DNA of 36,888 nucleotides. Source: Bacillota bacterium (GTDB lineage Bacteria > Bacillota > Clostridia > Acetivibrionales > DSM-2933). The notes below the pieces were generated by a model, which saw only the letters and a list, made by a program, of their open reading frames with translations, searched no databases and was not told the origin of the DNA. Position numbers and translations under genes: made by a program. The stretch is from contig JAUZPS010000001.1 of the NCBI GenBank assembly GCA_030705945.1, positions 1 to 36,888 of the forward strand, read 5' to 3'. Of the stretch, positions 19,551-28,453 are shown in pieces. Position 1 is the stretch's first letter, and the number at the start of each line of letters is the position of its first letter.

Positions 19551-19778
19551 TTTTAATGCCCCCTTTATATAATCTTTCAAGAAAGCATAATATCAACTCT
19601 TGAAGAATTACACTTTGAAAAACCACACTAAACAACAAAGTATTGCTATTGCAGTTCATAACTATAAGCGCATTGCTATTAAAAAGCCTGTACTTCTTTA
19701 TTTCAATGGATTACTAATAACTTAAGACAGCTTAAATATCAGATTCTTTAAACTTATGGATTGCTTTTAAAAAAGTAA

Positions 19779-19988
19779 TTAAGATAAGACAAATTCTAAC
19801 TTATTGACTAATAATATTTTACTTTTATATTGTATCACTTTATCAACCACTTCATCAATAGTTTCTGTAATAACAAGTTTTTTGCCATTTATTGTCGTTA
19901 GAACTGTGTCCGGTGTTGATTCGATTGACTCGATTAACTCACAATTGAGTACAAAACTTGTACCATTTAAACGCGTTAACTTTATCAT
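19779..19988 (-). CDS. flbD: FlbD/SwrD family protein
   Basis: MIKLTRLNG...LIESIESTPDTVLT...G. Confidence 0.93.
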   Translation of the reverse strand: MIKLTRLNGTSFVLNCELIESIESTPDTVLTTINGKKLVITETIDEVVDKVIQYKSKILLVNKLEFVLS

Positions 19989-20059
19989 AATATTTTTACC
20001 TCAAAAACACAAGCATTTTTTTATTATGTTACATAATTGTCATAATAATTTTTACTATT

Positions 20060-20100
20060 ATTATGATAGACTGCTTGAAAATCAAACAGTCTATCATAAT
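20060..20100. other. Perfect 14-bp inverted repeat downstream of flgE
   Basis: attatgatagactg ... cagtctatcataat, with inner ttga/tcaa; no U-tract in the mRNA direction. Confidence 0.8.
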
Positions 20101-20137
20101 TTCGCCTTAAAATAAATTTATAAAAAATAATTTTTAA

Positions 20138-21502
20138 CTATCTTTTAAGATTAACCAATTCCTGTAGCATTTCATCAGATGTTGTAATTATTCTGCTGTT
20201 TGCCTGGAAACCTCTTTGGGTTATTATCATATCTGTAAACTCTCTTGAAAGGTCAACATTGGACATTTCCAAAGTGCCCGGGTTTAATGTTCCGACACCT
20301 TCAGAACCTGGTTTAACGCCCTTTTTGAAGTCTCCTGAGTTAGTGGTTGGAAGATACATGTTATCACCAACCTTCTGAAGACCTCCCGGGTTTTCAAAAC
20401 CGGCTAACGCTACCATACCGAGGGGCTGCTGCTGCCCATTGCTGTATACCCCCGTTATTATACCGTCTCCGCCTATGTTGAAGGTTACGAGGTTTCCTGT
20501 GGGATAGCCGTTAACATCGCTGGGCTTAACTGAGCTATCCGCGTCGTACATTGTAAGTTTGTTAAAATCCAGTGTTATATCCACAGGCTGCGTTCCCACT
20601 CCCGAGCCGGGGATCAGTTGTATTTTAGGCAATGTGCTGAATCCTGACGCATTAGTTGCTATCTGACCTTTTGTATCAAACTGTATAAAACCGTTTGCTG
20701 TTGAAGATCCAAAGGACGCTGACATTCCGGATCCTGCTGAGGCCGACCAGAACCATGTTGTGCCTCCGGTAGTTCCGCTTGCTGTTATACTGCTTGCGCT
20801 GTCCTTCCAGAAGTTAATATTGATTTTGTAATTGTTTCCCAAAGTATCATAAACTGTCATAGGCACTATAAACTGAGCCGACGTTGTTGATATCGCGCTT
20901 CCAAGTGGGGCTTTTGAGGCATCCAGATTACCTGCAAAAGTTGCTTGAGAGGTCGATTTTGCCGCTATCATCTTTTTATTTTTATTATAAACATCTGAAT
21001 ACAGATTTATGGGTTCAACAGGCTTTTCAGTATCAAATTTGTAGGATCCATCAGTCTGAGCTGATCCGCCGTAGTCTTGCCATCCATAAACATTTAAACC
21101 GCTTGATGAAACAAGATTACCCAGTTTATCAACTCCGAAGTTTCCAGCTCTTGAAAATTTAAATAAATCTCCTGATCCTCCCTTGAGAATGAAAAATCCT
21201 TCTCCTTCAATGGACAGATCTGTTGGATTGTCAGTTCTTTGTAAGCTTCCTCTTGTTGTGATCGTATCAACCGCTCCAACCCCAAGTCCTAAACCGATCT
21301 GCATGGGGTTTGTTCCTCCTCTTCCTGTTGCGGAATCAGGAGCTGAAGCGCCCTGCATTGTTTGACTGAATACTTCCTGAAAAGTTACCCTACCCGATTT
21401 AAATCCAACAGTATTTACGTTTGCGACGTTATTACCTATAACGTCCATTTTGGTTTGGTGAGCCCTTAACCCCGATACACCGGAGAACATAGATCTCATC
21501 AT
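20138..21502 (-). CDS. flgE: Flagellar hook protein FlgE
   Basis: SGL...GNNVANVNTVGFK, DLSIEGEGFF, RAGNF, LEMSNVDL; 454 aa with a FlaE-type central domain; follows flgD. Confidence 0.93.
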   Translation of the reverse strand: MMRSMFSGVSGLRAHQTKMDVIGNNVANVNTVGFKSGRVTFQEVFSQTMQGASAPDSATGRGGTNPMQIGLGLGVGAVDTITTRGSLQRTDNPTDLSIEGEGFFILKGGSGDLFKFSRAGNFGVDKLGNLVSSSGLNVYGWQDYGGSAQTDGSYKFDTEKPVEPINLYSDVYNKNKKMIAAKSTSQATFAGNLDASKAPLGSAISTTSAQFIVPMTVYDTLGNNYKININFWKDSASSITASGTTGGTTWFWSASAGSGMSASFGSSTANGFIQFDTKGQIATNASGFSTLPKIQLIPGSGVGTQPVDITLDFNKLTMYDADSSVKPSDVNGYPTGNLVTFNIGGDGIITGVYSNGQQQPLGMVALAGFENPGGLQKVGDNMYLPTTNSGDFKKGVKPGSEGVGTLNPGTLEMSNVDLSREFTDMIITQRGFQANSRIITTSDEMLQELVNLKR

Positions 21503-21519
21503 AATAAAACTCCTCCTTC

Positions 21520-21585
21520 AGCATACTATTCCATCAGTCGATCCGGAATAGGCAGCCTCCCCGAAGGGTCCAGCCGCAGCATTTT
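21520..21585 (-). other. Structured 5' leader of flgE (candidate cis-regulatory RNA)
   Basis: mRNA GCGGCU-GGA-CCC(UUCG)GGG-A-GGCUGC followed by CUAUUCC-loop-GGAAUAG, just upstream of the AAGGAGGAG SD; GC-rich in an AT-rich spacer. Confidence 0.65.
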
Positions 21586-21598
21586 ATCCTTCATTTTA

Positions 21599-21626
21599 AT
21601 ATCGGCTAAATTTTAACTACTATTAA
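21599..21626 (-). promoter_or_regulatory. Sigma-28 (SigD)-type internal promoter for flgE
   Basis: TTAA-N16-GCCGATAT on the minus strand; the -10 matches the SigD consensus exactly. Confidence 0.75.
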
Positions 21627-21713
21627 CAGTTTTATGTAGAACCCTTATTCGGCTGCTATACGTAGCCAGCGCGACTAAACTTAAAGCGCTAATTATCTTA
21701 CATTTGGTTATCT

Positions 21714-22109
21714 CTAAGCAAATACTGCCCCGTCAATGTTTGTAAATACATTATCCTTTAACTCGTTGTTATTTACTGCAGTTATTACTGTTTTGCTCTT
21801 TACGTTCACCACAAAGGCTAAATTATCCATTATAACAAGAGAGTCTTTAACTCCTTTTCCTTCAGCTTTATTTACAGCCTCGTTCATCTTTTCCTTTTGT
21901 GTTTCCGTAAGCTTTATATTTCTCGCCTGAAGCCTTTGTTCCGCATGCTTTGAAAACTTGAGACCATCTTTGTCCTTTATCTTGTCCTGTAAAACCTTGC
22001 TAAAATCATTTGTCCCGCTCCCTTGCTCCCTAATTCCTCCATTTCTCTGCAATTGATTATTGTTATTTACTTTGCCAATGTTATTTAAGAAATTATTGTT
22101 CACATACAT
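21714..22109 (-). CDS. TIGR02530/Flagellar_put-type flagellar operon protein
   Basis: LKFSKHAEQRLQARNI...KGVKDSLV...TVITA...VFTNIDGAV, between flgD and flgE; probable start ATG 22109. Confidence 0.88.
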   Translation of the reverse strand: MYVNNNFLNNIGKVNNNNQLQRNGGIREQGSGTNDFSKVLQDKIKDKDGLKFSKHAEQRLQARNIKLTETQKEKMNEAVNKAEGKGVKDSLVIMDNLAFVVNVKSKTVITAVNNNELKDNVFTNIDGAVFA

Positions 22110-22110
22110 G

Positions 22111-22962
22111 TTACGCACCTGCTTTCTGCTGCTCCTGTGGTTTGATATTGCTTATGCTTTCAACAGGAACATTAAGCTTATCTAGTATGCCGGTTATTGT
22201 TCCGTCAGACGCAACAGAATAATCCCTCAAAGTGGCGGTAACAGGAACAACTTTACCAGTTGAATTGTCAATTACATTCACGTCTACACTGTCTCCTTTA
22301 TGCGCCTCTAGATAGCTTCTTTTGTAATCTGAACTTGAAGTAGGAGTGCCTGATGCAATACTTGCAATCTGGACACTTACGCCATCCATAACTGCATAAT
22401 CCTCATATTGTCCTTTCTGGATTTCTTTAACTGTGCCTTTTACAGGAACTATGTCGCCATTGCTTGAATCATATACAACGCCCTTACAGTCAAAACCGAT
22501 TAAATTGGTGTAGGTAGATATATTGCTGTTGTTGCTTCTTAATCCATCGGTTATGTCCGTTATCTGATCTACAGGAACTTCTTCACCCTTAACCATTACG
22601 TATGCCTTATCCTTATCAAGCTTTACAGATGTAACCTCACCGTCAATAACTTTTTCCTGACCTGTAGTTTCATCCTTAAGTGTCGCAGTGATATTCTTTC
22701 CAACAAGGTTTAAGGCTTTTACAGATGAAAAACTGGTATTCATGTTCTGCATCTGTTCGAGAGAGCTGAATTGAGCCATTTGTCCAATAAATTCCTTATC
22801 ATCGGTGGGCTTTAAAGGATCCTGATATCTAAGCTGAGTTACAAGCAGACTTAAAAAGTCATTTTTCCCAAGTTCGCCCGTATTCCTGTTACTTGTTGCC
22901 TTTGACGAATCGTCTATAATCTGTTGAATTGTTTTTTGGCCGCTTACCGAACTTATTGCCAT
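22111..22962 (-). CDS. flgD: Hook capping protein FlgD, C-terminally extended
   Basis: LGKNDFLSLLVTQLRYQDPLKP...QMAQFSSLEQM. Confidence 0.93.
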   Translation of the reverse strand: MAISSVSGQKTIQQIIDDSSKATSNRNTGELGKNDFLSLLVTQLRYQDPLKPTDDKEFIGQMAQFSSLEQMQNMNTSFSSVKALNLVGKNITATLKDETTGQEKVIDGEVTSVKLDKDKAYVMVKGEEVPVDQITDITDGLRSNNSNISTYTNLIGFDCKGVVYDSSNGDIVPVKGTVKEIQKGQYEDYAVMDGVSVQIASIASGTPTSSSDYKRSYLEAHKGDSVDVNVIDNSTGKVVPVTATLRDYSVASDGTITGILDKLNVPVESISNIKPQEQQKAGA

Positions 22963-22975
22963 TTTACATCCCCCT

Positions 22976-24631
22976 TTAAGCAGTAAGGTTTATTCTGTGT
23001 TCTCCTAAACTATAAGGACTTATATTATCTACTTTAGAAACCGCGTCTTTTGTTATGATAGAATTTAGTCCCTTTGATTTAACCCCACTGTTATCTCCTT
23101 TATTCCCTTGGTAAGAGTCATTATTTCCGCTAAACTCCTTTGATGGATTCTGATCAACTGATACGCTGAAGCCTTGTACCGACAGACCTTGTTTTTCGAG
23201 AGTATCCTTTAATAGCTGCATATTTGACTCTAATACCGCTTTAACTTGTTGACTCTCAGCAATGAACTTAGCTGTAACAATACCATGTTCCGTTACTACC
23301 TTAAGAGACAGTTTTCCAAGACTTTCAGGTTTCATTGACAGAACCATTTCTGACTTGTCTTCACTTATCGCTACCTTAGCCTTATCAATTACCTGAGTCA
23401 ATATGTCCCTTTTGCTGATGGGAGCTTCTTTCTGAACCTTTATGGGGTCTATTGAGCCAGTTGCTTTTTGTGTATCAGGTTCAATATTATTAATTGGAGC
23501 TACGATGTCGTCACTGCTTTTTAGCTCTGTTTTTATGTCTCCTTTAGATGATTTCAAGTAAACAGTTTCTTTAATGTTATCGTCTGTCTTCGCAGCTGCT
23601 TCCTGATTTTGCTCAGCATCCTTTTTAACTTCATTGCTATTTTCTGAGTTCTCTTTGCCGCTGTTCTTTTCTTCTTGAGGCTTTGATCCTTCTTGGGCAT
23701 TTTCTAAAGGTTTATTTACCGCATCACTTTTTATAGCTTCTTCATCAACTTTTGTATCGGATGGAGCTTTATCGATTACTTCTCTATTAGCCTGTTTTGC
23801 CAGCATATTGTTTACTATCTGAGAAAGTTCTTTTTTTAAGGTATCCGGATTTTTCTGCAGTTTATCTGTAAACTCCTGTATTTTATCTTTCAGTTTTGCA
23901 ATCAGATCCTCTTTATTAAGTTTTGGTTCAGCCTCCACCGGCTTGGCATTATCATTTGTTGAATTTTCCACGCTTTCACGCTTATTCTGTTCTGGCGCTG
24001 TTTGAATTTCCTTAACATTTTCTGTTTGATCAATCGGGGCTTTCATTTCCTGAAGCTTCGAGCTGACAACTGTCAGCAGTTCTTGCAGAGACTTGGTTTG
24101 TTCAGTATTAAGTCCTAATTTTTCCGATAGCTTTTGTACTATTCCTTCGATTTTGCCAGGCTCCTCTAGATCCTTAAGGTTAATTCCTAGATCCTTCATC
24201 ATTGAGGCTAAAGCCTTTGGGTCCATTCCTAAAACCTGAGCAATTATAGCTTCTTCCTGAGATACCTTCTGGTTATTCTCTTTCTTAATTTTTCCTTTAT
24301 CATCATCTTTTACATCATTTTTAACATCACTTTTAATTTCCTTTTTACCAGTTGTTGTATCATTAGTGTGGAGCTTAGCGTTTTTTCTAAGAGCTTCCCT
24401 GTAAGTATTGACGCTTTCTGGAGTCTTATTGTCTAAGTCCTTGCGTCTTGTGTCATCCGGATTAATCTTTCTTGCTGAATTATCTTTAAGGTAAGCCTTT
24501 TGAGACTCTTTTTCAAATGTATCATTAAAGCTATTTGAAGGTTTTGTATCACTTACAGTGTCAATTTTAAAATCAGTTGATGTAATCGGAGCTTTGGCCA
24601 GTAATCCCAGCATTACATTTTGAGCTATCAT
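22976..24631 (-). CDS. fliK: Hook-length control protein FliK
   Basis: Long low-complexity N-terminus plus C-terminal MKPESLGKL...LESNMQLLKDTLEKQGL domain. Confidence 0.9.
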   Translation of the reverse strand: MIAQNVMLGLLAKAPITSTDFKIDTVSDTKPSNSFNDTFEKESQKAYLKDNSARKINPDDTRRKDLDNKTPESVNTYREALRKNAKLHTNDTTTGKKEIKSDVKNDVKDDDKGKIKKENNQKVSQEEAIIAQVLGMDPKALASMMKDLGINLKDLEEPGKIEGIVQKLSEKLGLNTEQTKSLQELLTVVSSKLQEMKAPIDQTENVKEIQTAPEQNKRESVENSTNDNAKPVEAEPKLNKEDLIAKLKDKIQEFTDKLQKNPDTLKKELSQIVNNMLAKQANREVIDKAPSDTKVDEEAIKSDAVNKPLENAQEGSKPQEEKNSGKENSENSNEVKKDAEQNQEAAAKTDDNIKETVYLKSSKGDIKTELKSSDDIVAPINNIEPDTQKATGSIDPIKVQKEAPISKRDILTQVIDKAKVAISEDKSEMVLSMKPESLGKLSLKVVTEHGIVTAKFIAESQQVKAVLESNMQLLKDTLEKQGLSVQGFSVSVDQNPSKEFSGNNDSYQGNKGDNSGVKSKGLNSIITKDAVSKVDNISPYSLGEHRINLTA

Positions 24632-24664
24632 TTTCTCACCTCCTTCAAGGTATGATATTTATAA

Positions 24665-25546
24665 TTAATTCGCGGGTTTAGGTGAAGCTAAATAATATTG
24701 TGATAGTTTTTCTGAAACTTTTGCCGCAAAGTCAGCCTTCATTGCTGCTAAAACCTCTGCTGAAGATTCATTTTTCATATATCTTAAAATCTTTACTATA
24801 AGATCCATTTTTGCTGTTCCAAGTTGCTCGAATATTGCAGCTACAGCAGATGCGTCCATGGTCTCATAAAGCGCTGCGAACTTTTTGGTATCTGAGTCTG
24901 CTTTTTGTTCGGTTATAATCTCTGAGTAAATTTTTTGAGCAACATCGGGGTTCAGTTTTTCATAATATGCTTTGAATCCCGCCTTATCACCTTTTGCCAC
25001 AAGCTCATCCACATTTTTTTTATAATCTTCAAGCAGTTTTTTTTCCGCTTCAACTTGCTGTTTGATCTCTTCGCTTTGTAATTTCTGCGCGTCGGAGTCT
25101 TTTTTGATTTTATCCGACTCAGCTTTAACTTTATCCTGCTGATCTTTTATTTTCTGCAGTTCTCCAATTTTTTCATTTGCTCCCTCTAACTGTTTAGTTA
25201 GGTCATCCTTTGTTTTCTTTATCTCAACGTACTTTTTCTTTAAGTCCTCAGGCGTCAATAGGTTCGGATCATCAACTTCCTTCGCTTTTGGAAGAGCCAA
25301 ACTAAAAACCGGAAGCCCTTGTATTTCTTTTCGGTATTTATCCGCTATGCCATTAACATTATTTTTTATAGCAATAAAGAAAGCCCCTCCAATAACCGCA
25401 GACATTATCAATAATGCTGTTAACAGAGCAAACAATCCGAAAATAATTCCTTTTTTCTTGCTTTGATTGTCGCTTCCTTGCGGTTCAGGGCTTTCTGGTT
25501 GTTTTACCTTAACTTCTTCCTCCATGACTTGTTCTGTTTTAGCCAT
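24665..25546 (-). CDS. YlxF/MotE/FlbB-like protein (TM, coiled coil, MgtE_N-like C-terminus)
   Basis: LYETMDASAVAAIF...ILRYMK...AEVLAAM; located between fliJ and fliK. Confidence 0.75.
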   Translation of the reverse strand: MAKTEQVMEEEVKVKQPESPEPQGSDNQSKKKGIIFGLFALLTALLIMSAVIGGAFFIAIKNNVNGIADKYRKEIQGLPVFSLALPKAKEVDDPNLLTPEDLKKKYVEIKKTKDDLTKQLEGANEKIGELQKIKDQQDKVKAESDKIKKDSDAQKLQSEEIKQQVEAEKKLLEDYKKNVDELVAKGDKAGFKAYYEKLNPDVAQKIYSEIITEQKADSDTKKFAALYETMDASAVAAIFEQLGTAKMDLIVKILRYMKNESSAEVLAAMKADFAAKVSEKLSQYYLASPKPAN

Positions 25547-25610
25547 ATTTTTATATCCCCTAGTATTTTGTCATGCTTCTTATACTGATAGCTTTTTTAT
25601 CTTAATATCC

Positions 25611-25688
25611 ATATTAAATCACTATCAATCTTACATTTAGCAGAGTAAAATAACGAACGGTATTAATACCATTTTTTTGATACTGCCT
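25611..25688. repeat. Family A left half fused to a family B flank fragment
   Basis: atattaaatcactatcaatcttacatttagcagagtaaaataacgaacgg (compare 32102-32152), then accatttttttgatactgcct (compare 33566-33590). Confidence 0.75.
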
Positions 25689-25699
25689 AGGCTAATTTG

Positions 25700-26146
25700 T
25701 CATAGCTCTTTTTCGGTATATTTATAGCTCACAAGTTCGTCAATTACCTTTTGTTCATCCTTTTGCAATTCATTAAGATATTCTTTATACTTTTTTTCTT
25801 TCAGCTTTTCAAGGATTTTTATCTCCTTAACAATTGCTACAAGTTCTTCTCTATGTTTATCGACATTTTCTGACGCTTCCTTAATATTTTTATTTTGAGC
25901 CTCTATCTTATGGGCTAGGTGAGAAATATATGCTGTATACTCCTTTAGCTTTTCGACTCTCATCCCTTTACCCGACTTTTCGCCAAAATCATCTATATAT
26001 TTTTGCCTATAATTTTCTAATTGTTTTTTCCTATCCTTCTCTTCTTCCAATTTTTGGACAGCTTTTCCCAATTCGTTTTTTGCATTATTTTCTAGCTGTG
26101 TTTTTATATTCAGAAGAGGCTGAAGCTTAAAAAAGAATTTCGCCAT
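25700..26146 (-). CDS. fliJ: Flagellar export protein FliJ
   Basis: FFFKLQPLL, coiled coil, EQKVIDE; follows fliI. Confidence 0.92.
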   Translation of the reverse strand: MAKFFFKLQPLLNIKTQLENNAKNELGKAVQKLEEEKDRKKQLENYRQKYIDDFGEKSGKGMRVEKLKEYTAYISHLAHKIEAQNKNIKEASENVDKHREELVAIVKEIKILEKLKEKKYKEYLNELQKDEQKVIDELVSYKYTEKEL

Positions 26147-26182
26147 ATAAGCACCTGATTAATAGAATAATAAAAAATTATA

Positions 26183-26240
26183 TAGTAAAATACAGACATA
26201 TTAACTGCATTTTTAATATAAAATCTTTTTCGCAACTTAT
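26183..26240. repeat. Family C repeat, partial copy
   Basis: tagtaaaatacagacatattaactgcatttttaatataaaatctttttcgcaactta, similar to 31637-31693. Confidence 0.8.
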
Positions 26241-26248
26241 TTGGTTAT

Positions 26249-27559
26249 CTATAACAAATTAAACATCATTTCCTGAGTTTCTTCATAAGTTAGCTTGTCG
26301 TGGGTTCCCTGCTCAATAAAAGCGATTATATTACCAATTGCATCCATTGCGTAATCAATCTTTTCATTACTTCCCTTAACATACGCGCCTATGTTAATCA
26401 AGTCCTCCGCTTCCCTGTAAACAGCCATAACCTTCTTAATCTCAGCCGCAGCTTTTTTATGTTCTTTTGTAACTACATCTGACATAACCCTGCTAATACT
26501 TGCTAAAACATCAATGGCAGGATACTGGTTCTTATTAGCCAATGCCCTCGAAAGGACAATATGTCCATCCAAAATGCCTCTCGCCGTATCCGTTACAGGC
26601 TCCATCAAATCGTCGCCGTCAACTAGGACAGTGTATAAGCCGGTGATAGATCCCTTATCAGAGCACCCTGATCTCTCAAGAAGCTTGGGCATCATAGCAA
26701 ATACGGATGGTGTATACCCTCGGGATACAGGTGGCTCTCCGACGGCAAGTCCAATTTCTCTCTGCGCCATTGCAAAACGAGTAAGAGAATCCATCAGAAG
26801 CAGGACATCCTTGCCCTGATCCCTATAGTATTCTGCAATCGCTGTGGCGACAAGCGCTCCTTTTAGTCTTGCCAACGCGGGTTGATCCGATGTCGCAACT
26901 ACGAGAACTGATCGTTTAAGCCCTTCTTCGCCTAGGTCTTTTTCAATAAATTCCTTAACTTCTCTTCCACGCTCACCGATCAGCGCGATTACATTTATAT
27001 CAGCCTTAGTATTTCTGGCAATCATACCAATTAAAGTACTTTTTCCTACTCCGCTTCCCGCAAAAATCCCAACCCTTTGTCCTTTTCCTATGGTCAACAA
27101 TCCGTCAATTGTCTTTATACCGAGAGACAAAGGTTCCAAAATCCTTTTTCTCTGCAGAGGATGAGGCGTCGCGTTTTCAACTGGGTAATAACATTGCCCT
27201 TCAACGGCGCCTTTATCATCTATAGGATTCCCAATTCCATCCAAGATTCTTCCCGTTAACTTTTCTCCAACAGCTACCTTCATAAGTTCACCGGTAGCTA
27301 CAACTTTATTTCCTGAACCAATACCCTTCATCTCTCCAAGAGGCATCAAAAGGACTTTATTGTCTTTAAACCCTACTACTTCAGCATCAATAGTTTTTTT
27401 ACCTTTTGTAGGGTATATTTTACATATCTCTCCAATATTAACTTCAGGTCCCGTTGATTCAATTGTCAATCCGACAACCTTTGAAACCTTACCTGTATAT
27501 TCAATGTAATCTGATTTATCTAATAACTGAGCATATCTTTGCAAATCAATTACAGGCAT
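26249..27559 (-). CDS. fliI: Flagellum-specific ATPase FliI
   Basis: GIFAGSGVGKST, GERGRE, LLMDSLTRFA, DGHIVLSR. Confidence 0.98.
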   Translation of the reverse strand: MPVIDLQRYAQLLDKSDYIEYTGKVSKVVGLTIESTGPEVNIGEICKIYPTKGKKTIDAEVVGFKDNKVLLMPLGEMKGIGSGNKVVATGELMKVAVGEKLTGRILDGIGNPIDDKGAVEGQCYYPVENATPHPLQRKRILEPLSLGIKTIDGLLTIGKGQRVGIFAGSGVGKSTLIGMIARNTKADINVIALIGERGREVKEFIEKDLGEEGLKRSVLVVATSDQPALARLKGALVATAIAEYYRDQGKDVLLLMDSLTRFAMAQREIGLAVGEPPVSRGYTPSVFAMMPKLLERSGCSDKGSITGLYTVLVDGDDLMEPVTDTARGILDGHIVLSRALANKNQYPAIDVLASISRVMSDVVTKEHKKAAAEIKKVMAVYREAEDLINIGAYVKGSNEKIDYAMDAIGNIIAFIEQGTHDKLTYEETQEMMFNLL

Positions 27560-27587
27560 AAATAATTCCTTCCCCTTTAAGATAATC

Positions 27588-27689
27588 TATATAAAAAGCA
27601 CTATTAATCTTACATTTGACGGAGCAAAATAACGAACGCTTTAACGTTATTTTGTGATAGGCAAATGTAAAAGATTAATTGCTTTTTAT
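27588..27689. repeat. Palindromic repeat family A, full copy (contains the fliH stop)
   Basis: aaaaagcactattaatcttacatttgacggagcaaaataacgaacgctttaacgttattttgtgataggcaaatgtaaaagattaattgcttttt. Confidence 0.92.
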
Positions 27690-28453
27690 CTACCATGAAT
27701 TAAACTTCTGAAGGCATCCTCAATCTTATTAAACTTTGTTTGCAAACTTGCGTCAATTGTTCCATATGGAGTTTCTATAACGCAGCCTCCAGCTTTTAAT
27801 GACAAATCCTTCTTTATTTCAAGTTCTCCGATTCCTTCCACCAATCCTATAATTTGCTCTTTATTTTCAGTTACAAAACAGTAATCTTCACCGGATACCT
27901 TTAGAATTACATTTTCTTTACTTGAACATTTTTCAAACGCCTGCCTGATTAAGCCTAATATAACTTCTTTATTCGAGCTTATTTCCATACCCAATACCTT
28001 TTTAGATATATCAAGAACGATATTTACCGCGTCTGATTCAATGCTCTCAAGAACTTCCTTGTATTCAACCCTTGCATGTTCTTTGGTAAATTCAGCTTCT
28101 TGCATCAAATCCTCATATTGTTGTTTAAGAATATTATAACCTTCTTCAAAGCCTTTGACCTTTGCCTCTTCTTCCAAAGCTGCGGCATTTTCCTTAGCTG
28201 ACCTCTCTGCTTCGCATATAATTCTTTCTGCCTCATATTTAGCTTCCTTAATTATCATATCAGCCTCTTCCCGGGCATTTTCCAATATTTCTTCTCGGGT
28301 CACTACATCCTCCGGCTCATTTATTGTCAACACTTTATCATTATCATCAAATTCTTCATCTATACGTTTAACCGTCTCAAAATTTAATGCTTGATTCAGT
28401 TGAAAAGGCAGTCCCACATTTATCTGATAATTTTTATACACTTTGTTATACAA
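27686..28453 (-). CDS. fliH: Flagellar assembly protein FliH
   Basis: AxxxGxxxG repeat (AKVKGFEEG), GGCVIETPYGTIDA; between fliG and fliI. Confidence 0.92.
   Translation of the reverse strand: MYNKVYKNYQINVGLPFQLNQALNFETVKRIDEEFDDNDKVLTINEPEDVVTREEILENAREEADMIIKEAKYEAERIICEAERSAKENAAALEEEAKVKGFEEGYNILKQQYEDLMQEAEFTKEHARVEYKEVLESIESDAVNIVLDISKKVLGMEISSNKEVILGLIRQAFEKCSSKENVILKVSGEDYCFVTENKEQIIGLVEGIGELEIKKDLSLKAGGCVIETPYGTIDASLQTKFNKIEDAFRSLIHGR

Noticed and set aside
19581-19778. motA/motB pseudogene remnant
   Set aside because: No recognisable coding similarity and too short
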